From Candidatus Dormiibacterota bacterium (GTDB taxonomy: Bacteria > Chloroflexota > Dormibacteria > Dormibacterales > Dormibacteraceae): DNA of 41,259 nt. The notes under the pieces were generated by a model that saw only the letters and a list, made by a program, of their open reading frames with translations, ran no database searches and had not been told where the DNA came from. Position 1 is the first letter of the stretch; each line of letters begins with the position of its first letter. The stretch spans positions 1 to 41,259 of the forward strand of contig DASXSD010000110.1 of the NCBI GenBank assembly GCA_036506195.1, read 5' to 3'. The position numbers and the translations under genes were made by a program. Below, one piece after another: positions 17,710 to 23,956 of the stretch.

Positions 17710-17714
17710 GTGGC
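17667..17714 (-). repeat. 48-nt direct repeat, distal copy (immediately follows the stop codon of the upstream glycosyltransferase gene)
   Basis: See 17440..17487. Confidence 0.9.
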
Positions 17715-19052
17715 TCAGCTCAATGATCGCAGTGTCCGTATCCGGCTCACCCGTTTGGGCGGCGGAGGGGTCGGCAGCTTCACAGCCTGGCGCTCGGCGG
17801 CGTATTCCACCCTCTGCAGCAGCTGCTCGATCACCTTCTCCCAGACGTAGTCCCGGGCGGTGATCCGACCACGCCTGCGGAGATGTGCGGCGATGCGCGG
17901 CCTCTCCTTCAAGATCGAGAGCTCCGTCACGATCTCGAGCGGGTCGTCAGTCTCCAGGACCAGGGCGTTGCGATACGGCTCGGCGTAGTCCTCGCCGGTC
18001 GAGCCGGTGACGGCGATTCCACCGGCGGCCATGACCTCGAGGCCGACCAGTCCGAACGGCTCGTGGCCGGAGTTCGCGAGCACGGCGTCGGACGCCGCGT
18101 AGAGGACACGGACGAGCGACTCGTCGATGAAGCTGGTCACATTTACCAGGTCGACCCCATTGGCATCGCGCAGCACCGCAGCCAGGCTGGGCGCGTCGGC
18201 GGGTGCCTTCACGCTGCCCACCGCGAGTCCCAGGTGTTCGGCGACGCCCATCACCTCGGCGCCGTGCGGCTCGCGCCCTCCGCGGACGACGAGCTTCACC
18301 TGGCCGCCCCGACGTTTGAGCTCGGCGGCGGCAGTGACCGCCATGAGCCAGCGCTTGTCGGGATCGAAGCGACCGATCTTGAACCAGAGATGGCCGGCGC
18401 CGGCGGCCGCCCTGACTTCACCAACCGCCTGGTGATCCGGCTCGGCGAGCGAGTCGGCTGGAATTCCGTTCGGGATCACGATCGGGTTCTGGGCCCACTC
18501 CCACATGCGGAACTTCATGTAGCGGCTGACGGTCGTCACTGTGCTCGCGAGGTTCAGCGGGGCCCAATCGATGCGGTTGAAGCCATACGTGTTGTTGGCG
18601 TTCCACAGCATGACGACACGGTTGCGCAGGCCTCGGTAATACAGCGTGTCCGAGATGAGCCGCATCGACCATGACGTGTGCCACTCCTCGCCGAGCACGA
18701 CCACGTGCTTGCCCGCTTCGACCGCCGGCGCGATCACCTTGTCGATGAGGCTCGAGGGGAGGCTGTAGTTCCAGTCTCGGATCTTTCCTTCCTCGTCGTC
18801 GTAGACGCCACCGCGGTGCTGGGCGGAGATCCACTGACACCAGCGCCTGAGCTGCAGCCGGCCTCCCTCGAGCGCCTCCTCACCCGGGAGGTCGGGGTCG
18901 CCACAGAAATAGAGGTATGTCGGATAGCCCAGCCGCGCCAGCGAGCGCGACAGCCCCTTGACCCTGACGCCGAGCCCACCGGCCTGGCTGAAGACGTCCG
19001 GCCCTTCGAAGCTGAGAATGACGAAGACAGTCCGGGCCGGGTCCAGATTCAA
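17715..19052 (-). CDS. GT-B fold retaining glycosyltransferase (GT4/GT5-like, glycogen-synthase-like N-terminus)
   Basis: VFVILSFEGPDVFSQAGGLGVRVKGLSRSLARLGY resembles the N-terminal G-rich loop of archaeal-type glycogen synthases and GT4 enzymes, and the C-terminal half has the E-x7-E-like region (HEPFGLVGLEVMAAG). The track ORF extends to 19469 but there overlaps the IMPase gene in another frame. TTG at 19052 overlaps the IMPase stop as TTGA. Confidence 0.75.
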   Translation of the reverse strand: MNLDPARTVFVILSFEGPDVFSQAGGLGVRVKGLSRSLARLGYPTYLYFCGDPDLPGEEALEGGRLQLRRWCQWISAQHRGGVYDDEEGKIRDWNYSLPSSLIDKVIAPAVEAGKHVVVLGEEWHTSWSMRLISDTLYYRGLRNRVVMLWNANNTYGFNRIDWAPLNLASTVTTVSRYMKFRMWEWAQNPIVIPNGIPADSLAEPDHQAVGEVRAAAGAGHLWFKIGRFDPDKRWLMAVTAAAELKRRGGQVKLVVRGGREPHGAEVMGVAEHLGLAVGSVKAPADAPSLAAVLRDANGVDLVNVTSFIDESLVRVLYAASDAVLANSGHEPFGLVGLEVMAAGGIAVTGSTGEDYAEPYRNALVLETDDPLEIVTELSILKERPRIAAHLRRRGRITARDYVWEKVIEQLLQRVEYAAERQAVKLPTPPPPKRVSRIRTLRSLS

Positions 19053-19810
19053 CGCGATGCCTTGAGGATCTGCATCGCCTCTCGATGGAGCTCCGGGCTC
19101 GAGGCACACAGGAGCGTCGAGCTGGTTTCGAGGTTGCAACGCTGCCTGGCGATCGGGTCGCCTTCGACTGTCGTCGCCACGCCGCCGGTTTCGGAGAGGA
19201 TGAGCAAGCTCGCCGCCATGTCGAAGACACGCACCGGCGCCGGCGCGCAGAACACGTCGAAAGCGCCGGCGCTCGTGAGCGCGATCGAGATCGCCATCGA
19301 GCCCAGTATGCGGACCTTCGCCGCTCGCTCGACCAGCGGCCGCGCGAGCTGCAGATTGCGCGGATTGCTCTCTAGACCGAGAAGCTGGATCCGACTGGCG
19401 AGACCGCGCCTCGCGGCGACGAGCGGCTCTCCCGCATGCCACGCGCCCTGTTCTCGCACCGCGGTCCATGTCTCGCCGGTGTTCAGGCTGAGCACGAAGC
19501 CGGCGTACACATCCGAGACGAGTGGCCCGTCGAGGACGGCGAGCATAAGGCCGAAAAGCGGCACGCCCTGCTTGGCGTTGAGGCTGCCGTCGACGGGGTC
19601 GACGAGAATCAGCGGATAGTCGGCGCCGAAGTTCCGGTAGCCGGCCTCTTCGGAGAGGACCGAGAACGTCTCTCCCCGCTCACCAAGCCCGGCCAGCTCG
19701 CTGAAGACGACCGCCTCCGCGGCGCGGTCGAGCTCCATCGTCGTGTCGCCACCCGCGCCAACGCTCAGCTGCACGCGGCCTGCCTCGGTGCCCGACAGCG
19801 GCAGCACCAC
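19049..19810 (-). CDS. Inositol monophosphatase / fructose-1,6-bisphosphatase family phosphatase
   Basis: LILVDPVDGSLNA (the DPxDG metal-binding motif) and VFDMAASLLIL (WD-like motif) are present. 253 aa. Confidence 0.85.
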   Translation of the reverse strand: MVLPLSGTEAGRVQLSVGAGGDTTMELDRAAEAVVFSELAGLGERGETFSVLSEEAGYRNFGADYPLILVDPVDGSLNAKQGVPLFGLMLAVLDGPLVSDVYAGFVLSLNTGETWTAVREQGAWHAGEPLVAARRGLASRIQLLGLESNPRNLQLARPLVERAAKVRILGSMAISIALTSAGAFDVFCAPAPVRVFDMAASLLILSETGGVATTVEGDPIARQRCNLETSSTLLCASSPELHREAMQILKASR

Positions 19811-19863
19811 ACGGCGAACGCCGTCGCCGATATGCGCAAAGACGTCGAGCCACTCGCTGGCTT

Positions 19864-20151
19864 TCAGTGCGTTTCGGTGGCGCTGGCTTCGGTCGAGACC
19901 TTGCGCCGGCGGCGGCGCCTACGCTCGACGACGATCGTGATCAGGTAGGGCTGTTGCATCGCCCACACGCGTTCGATCAGTTGCGGGATGGGTATCGAGT
20001 GTGGCTGCTCGATGCCCAACAGGACGAGCGCCTCCGCGACGTGGTCGGGCAGCTCCGTCTTATCGTGCAGGTTCAACTGTTCCAGGCTTTCCAGGATGTC
20101 GTCGAGACGGCGCAGCCCGGACCGCCGCTCCGAGTCTCCGCGGTGGAGCAT
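19864..20151 (-). CDS. Hypothetical protein (95 aa) with an Arg-rich tail
   Basis: ATG start and high GC3 throughout. It lies immediately upstream of, and co-directional with, the IMPase gene. No family recognised. Confidence 0.5.
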   Translation of the reverse strand: MLHRGDSERRSGLRRLDDILESLEQLNLHDKTELPDHVAEALVLLGIEQPHSIPIPQLIERVWAMQQPYLITIVVERRRRRRRKVSTEASATETH

Positions 20152-20161
20152 CGGTGAAAGC

Positions 20162-21016
20162 TTACTTGGACAGCACCCGGACCAGCGAACGCGCTACTTC
20201 GTCCGGGCGTTCGAACTGCAGCCAGTGACCGGCGCCCTCCAGGACCTCGAGCCGAAACTCACCACTCATATGTTTTGCGGTGTCTTCAGCCTGCAAACGA
20301 CCGAGCGCCGGGTCCTGGTCGCCCCAGAGCAAAACGGTCGGCGCGGTGATCGCGAGGTCGGTGTGAAGACCCGCCCACCAGTCGGCGGGCGAGAGGTTGG
20401 CGCGGTAGTAGTTGAGACCGGCTGTGAGCCGGCCCGGTCTCGCCAGGGATCGCACGTAGCGATCGACGACCGACCGCGGCAGGACGTCCCGGAACATCGC
20501 ACGCAGGCGGCGAAAGTCATCCTCGGAGAGCACTGACTCCGCCTTGCCTTCCATCAGGAAGAGCCGGATGTACTCCGAGCGCTTCTTCTGGTCGTCATCC
20601 GCGACGACCGCCCCGCCGAGCGCGGCCGGATGCCCGACGGAGAGCACGGTCAGCGTCTTCGTCATCTCCGGATGGGCCCCCGCGAAGTACCACGCGACCA
20701 TGGCGCCCCAATCGTGTCCAGCGATGTGCGCGCTATCGCGGCCGAAGGCCTTGATGATTCCGGCCACGTCCTCGACGAGCTCGGCCAGGCGGTAGCTCTC
20801 GACACCGGCCGGTGCATCGGTCGCGCCGTATCCGCGCATGTCAGGCGCGACGGCGAGGGCGCCGGCCCCGGCCAGGGCATCGACCTGTCGCGTCCACGAC
20901 TCGGCGCCTTCCGGAAAACCGTGGAGGAGGACGAACAGGTCGCCGGTTGCAGGGCCGTCGGCCAGCGTCCGAAACCGGAGGCCGTTGGCATCGACCATGT
21001 GCTGGCTGGCCGTCAT
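20162..21016 (-). CDS. Alpha/beta hydrolase (epoxide hydrolase / haloalkane dehalogenase-like)
   Basis: HGFPEGAESW oxyanion region and the nucleophile elbow GHDWGAMVAW are present. 284 aa. Confidence 0.85.
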   Translation of the reverse strand: MTASQHMVDANGLRFRTLADGPATGDLFVLLHGFPEGAESWTRQVDALAGAGALAVAPDMRGYGATDAPAGVESYRLAELVEDVAGIIKAFGRDSAHIAGHDWGAMVAWYFAGAHPEMTKTLTVLSVGHPAALGGAVVADDDQKKRSEYIRLFLMEGKAESVLSEDDFRRLRAMFRDVLPRSVVDRYVRSLARPGRLTAGLNYYRANLSPADWWAGLHTDLAITAPTVLLWGDQDPALGRLQAEDTAKHMSGEFRLEVLEGAGHWLQFERPDEVARSLVRVLSK

Positions 21017-21543
21017 TTGATGTTTTTATCGATGAAGGCCGCGGCGACGTCGAGGGCCTGGTCGAGAACCTGGAGCAGCCCGTGGCCCTGGCCCTTGAAG
21101 ACCTCGAGCCTCGCTCCCGGAATGAGCTTGATCTTCTGTTTCAGCAGGTCGAGGTTGGCAAATGGGTCGCGGTCACCGCTGAGAAAGAGAGTCGGGCAAC
21201 GGATCTGGGGCCAGTGGTCGGTTCGCAGCTGGTCCGGGAAGCCCGGCCGGTGCAGCGGATAGGAAAAAAGCACCAATCCGCCGAAGTCCGCCTCGATGGA
21301 AGCCATGCTCGCGACCCTGCCACCGAAAGATTGGCCACCTCCGACGACGTCATGACCTCGACCCGAGGTCTTGATGAAGACGGGAACCGCTTTCTCCGCG
21401 TTGCCGCGTGGAAGATCGACCGCGATGGCTTCGATGCCTCGCCGTTTGAAACCCACCACGTAGGGTTTCATCGACGCCGCGTTGCCTGAGGCGCCATGAC
21501 CGAGGACCACTCGCATGATGTCTATCGTCGCAGTCTTCGACAA
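21013..21543 (-). CDS. Alpha/beta hydrolase, short dienelactone-hydrolase/KANL3-like type
   Basis: LGHGASG, the GGQSFGGRVAS nucleophile elbow and the GDRDPF acid motif are present. Its stop overlaps the downstream start. Start at 21543 or the internal ATG giving MRVVLGHG. Confidence 0.75.
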   Translation of the reverse strand: MSKTATIDIMRVVLGHGASGNAASMKPYVVGFKRRGIEAIAVDLPRGNAEKAVPVFIKTSGRGHDVVGGGQSFGGRVASMASIEADFGGLVLFSYPLHRPGFPDQLRTDHWPQIRCPTLFLSGDRDPFANLDLLKQKIKLIPGARLEVFKGQGHGLLQVLDQALDVAAAFIDKNIK

Positions 21544-21905
21544 CGTCGATGCTCGTCGTGGTCATCATCGCGACGACTTCCACAGAAAATTTCCACAACC
21601 TTCGCCGAAAAAAATCTGCACGAAGGATTGACGTGCGCGGGGTTCATCAAGTATCACAACACCCCGTATGGCGAAGCGACTCGTGGTTGCCTCCACAGAG
21701 GCAATGGACCCGACGCGAGGAAGCGGACCATTTCGTCAAACCGCCAACGTCTCGGAGTCCTTATCAATGAGGGTCCGCGGCGAAACCCGTGGGGTTGCAG
21801 AGGAGGTGCGTGTAGGAGAGATCCTGACCACGTCTAACCACCACATGGAACCCGCCGAACCGATGGAACCGATCGGGTCCATATCCCCAGGAGAAGGAGG
21901 TACGA

Positions 21906-21980
21906 ATGATGGCTGCTAAGAAGAAGGCCGCGAAGAAGCCGGCGAAGAAGGCCGCCAAGAAGACCTCGAAGAAGAAGTAA
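21906..21980 (+). CDS. 24-aa lysine/alanine-rich micro-protein (MMAAKKKAAKKPAKKAAKKTSKKK)
   Basis: Too short to appear in the provided ORF track. A strong SD (GGAGAAGGAGG) lies 6 nt upstream of the ATG, every codon ends in G/C, and an intrinsic-terminator-like hairpin follows. Confidence 0.5.
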   Translation: MMAAKKKAAKKPAKKAAKKTSKKK

Positions 21981-22017
21981 GGCACTTCTCTTCAGTCGTT
22001 TCGTAAGTCCGTCACGC

Positions 22018-22049
22018 GCCGGGGTTCTGTGGAGCCCCGGCCTTTTCTT
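22018..22049 (+). terminator. Rho-independent terminator candidate
   Basis: GCCGGGGTTC-TGTG-GAGCCCCGGC forms a 10-bp stem including one G-U pair, followed by CTTTTCTT. It lies between the micro-ORF and the convergent thiO-like gene. Confidence 0.55.
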
Positions 22050-22051
22050 GT

Positions 22052-23056
22052 CTATCGGGAGCTGTTGATGAGTTCCGCGATCCTCGCCGCCGCGAGGGGC
22101 GCGAGCAGGATGCCCTTGCGATGATGACCTGTCGCGACGATCAGGTTGCTGACCTCGCTCACGGCGACGATCGGCTTGCCGTCGCGAGTCACCGGCCGCA
22201 GTCCCGCCCACACGCGCTGGAGACTCGCGCCCGCGAGACTCGGCACCAGCTTTCGCGCCAGCTCCAGCAGAGTCGCGATGCCCGCGACTGTCGGCCGGTC
22301 GTCGAAGCCGCTGTCTTCTTCGGTGCCGCCCGCGATGATGGTGCCGTCTCCTTTCGGGACCAGGTAGCCGTTTGACCAGAAGACGCTGCGCCTGAGCATC
22401 GTCGAGCCAGGGTCGAGGGCGGCGAGCTGTCCACGCTGCGGTCGGACGTCAACGCCGATACCCGCCGTCGAGGCAACCTCGCGCGTCCACGGCCCCGCCG
22501 CGATCACGACCCAGTCGGCCTTGATCTCCCCGCCCGGAGTCTTCACCGCGCGGAGTCGCTGCCTTGCGATGTCGAAACCCATCGCCGGCGTGCCTTCACA
22601 TATCTCGGCGCCACGGGCCGACGCAGCTCGCGCCAGCGCACGGACGAACCGGGGCGGCGTGATGTGCGCGTGCTCCAGGAGCACGGCGCCCACAACATCG
22701 GGGCTCAGCGCAGGCTCTGTCTGGCGACACTCCGCTGCATCGAGCCAGCGACCTTCGCTCTCCTTGATGGCTGAGGCTTCGTCATCAGTGAAGGCCGGCC
22801 TCAAGCCTTGCTGGATCCGGTACTCGACGTTCATGGCGCTGTCTTTCTCGATCCTGGCCACGACTTCGGGAAACATGGCCAGGGCTTCCTTGTCCGATGG
22901 CAGATGCGAGGGGCTCAGCTCGCCGGCCGCGGCGCCCGACGCGCGGCTCGCAAGCTGGTCTCGCTCCAGGAGGGTGACCTGGTGGCGGTCGAGACTCAGC
23001 CGCTCGGCGACGGCGCAGCCGATGACCCCGCCCCCGATCACGACCACCCGCGACAT
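22052..23056 (-). CDS. FAD-dependent glycine/D-amino-acid oxidase (ThiO/DAO family)
   Basis: VVVIGGGVIGCAVAERL...LLER dinucleotide fold and a DAO-family C-terminus (ATGHHRKGILLAP). Start at ATG 23056 (MSRVVVIGGG) is preferred because the upstream ATG at 23083 lies inside a repeat element. Confidence 0.8.
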   Translation of the reverse strand: MSRVVVIGGGVIGCAVAERLSLDRHQVTLLERDQLASRASGAAAGELSPSHLPSDKEALAMFPEVVARIEKDSAMNVEYRIQQGLRPAFTDDEASAIKESEGRWLDAAECRQTEPALSPDVVGAVLLEHAHITPPRFVRALARAASARGAEICEGTPAMGFDIARQRLRAVKTPGGEIKADWVVIAAGPWTREVASTAGIGVDVRPQRGQLAALDPGSTMLRRSVFWSNGYLVPKGDGTIIAGGTEEDSGFDDRPTVAGIATLLELARKLVPSLAGASLQRVWAGLRPVTRDGKPIVAVSEVSNLIVATGHHRKGILLAPLAAARIAELINSSR

Positions 23057-23071
23057 GTAAGGAATATCGTC

Positions 23072-23120
23072 CTCCCCATTCATGGGCAGGTGCCGCGGTG
23101 CGGCGGAGGGGCGCCGGGGC
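23072..23120 (+). repeat. REP-like two-hairpin repeat, copy A
   Basis: CTCCCCATTCATGGGCAGGTGCCGCGGTGCGGCGGAGGGGCGCCGGGGC. It shares CTCCCCATTCAYGGG.AGGTG...GGAGGGGC with the copies at 25023..25078 and 39022..39075. The second hairpin is kept by different sequences: GCCGC/GCGGC here, GGCGCC/GGCGCC and GGCGC/GCGCC in the others. Confidence 0.75.
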
Positions 23121-23129
23121 TTTAGGGCC

Positions 23130-23158
23130 TTGACTCACGAACATTCGTTCGATATCGT
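23130..23158 (+). promoter_or_regulatory. SOS promoter of the imuA-imuB-dnaE2 cassette, with an embedded LexA (Cheo-type) box
   Basis: TTGACT (23130..23135), a 17-nt spacer, then TATCGT (23153..23158). The spacer contains the perfect palindrome CGAACATTCGTTCG (23138..23151), matching the CGAAC-N4-GTTCG LexA consensus of Gram-positive-type SOS boxes. Confidence 0.75.
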
Positions 23159-23206
23159 GGTACTGCCTCCACCTCTCCCCTGCGTCTTCTTCCGAGGCCC
23201 CATGAG

Positions 23207-23956
23207 ATGCAGGAACAGACACTTCAGCTTGCGATCGATTCGATTCGAGTTCGCTTCGGCAGCCACGCGCTGACGCGGGCGGCGGAGCTGCCGCCGCCTC
23301 AGCCCTGGTCGACCAAAACGCCGATCGACAAGCTGACCGGGATCGGCGGAATGCCCCGAGGCCGTCTCTCGCTGTTCACAGGAACTGGCACCTGCGGCAA
23401 GCTCACGGTCGCCCTCGCCCTGCTTGCGAACGCCACCCACGAGTTCGCGCACGCGGTGGTGATCGACAGCGGCGGCTTCGATCCCAGGATGCTCACCTCC
23501 TTCTCTCCTGAGCTTGGCGCGCTGACCGTGGTCCGCGCGCCGGCTCTTGAGGTCGCCGGCGAGGCGGCGGCGACACTGGCCCGAGCAGGCGCGGGCTTCC
23601 TTCTATTGATGGGCCCCATCCCGGAGCACTGGCTGGGACCGCTCGAATCCGGCGCCAACCGTTCCGGAACCGTCGTGGTCGGTGTGGTCGAGGCGCCGGA
23701 ACGCGCCCTTGCCCACGCGTCGAGCCTCAGCCTCGGGTTCTCGCGCACCGAGTGGGCATGGGAACGCGGCCAGCTGGTCGGCCTCCGGGTGTCGGTGCGA
23801 TGCGTGAAAAACCGCGTCGCGCCTCCACTGGGCGAGACACAGCTGGAGATTCGCTATTCGCTCGGCACCCAAAAGCTGACCGACTTCGTGCCTGGCATCA
23901 CAGAGGCACCGTTTCATTTCGAGGAGGCCAAGCCACGCCAGTCTGCTGCGGGCTAA
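23207..23956 (+). CDS. imuA: ImuA/ImuA'-like RecA-fold protein of the mutagenesis cassette
   Basis: RecA/SulA-like core (LTGIGGMPRGRLSLFTGTGTCGKLTVAL, a degenerate Walker A). It is the first gene downstream of the LexA box and directly upstream of imuB and dnaE2. Confidence 0.75.
   Translation: MQEQTLQLAIDSIRVRFGSHALTRAAELPPPQPWSTKTPIDKLTGIGGMPRGRLSLFTGTGTCGKLTVALALLANATHEFAHAVVIDSGGFDPRMLTSFSPELGALTVVRAPALEVAGEAAATLARAGAGFLLLMGPIPEHWLGPLESGANRSGTVVVGVVEAPERALAHASSLSLGFSRTEWAWERGQLVGLRVSVRCVKNRVAPPLGETQLEIRYSLGTQKLTDFVPGITEAPFHFEEAKPRQSAAG

Noticed and set aside
17440-17714. The 48-nt repeat pair as the template/variable repeats of a diversity-generating retroelement; the single mismatch is A versus C.
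   Set aside because: There is only one mismatch and it is synonymous. No reverse transcriptase or accessory gene is nearby, and the repeat lies at the extreme 5' end of a glycoside hydrolase rather than in a C-terminal variable domain.
21725-21790. Fluoride (crcB-motif) riboswitch-like string GGACC...AAACCGCC...CAAUGAGGGUCC in the leader of the micro-ORF.
   Set aside because: The central pseudoknot/P3 hairpin cannot be formed, the conserved residues only partly match, and the downstream gene is not a fluoride exporter or related gene.
21764-21985. 73-aa Phe/Leu-rich ORF antisense to the lysine-rich micro-ORF.
   Set aside because: Its hydrophobic repeat is simply the complement of the AAG-rich run, and codon bias decays after ~25 codons. 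It has no SD comparable to the GGAGAAGGAGG on the plus strand, and the terminator is oriented for the plus strand. It is kept as an alternative only.
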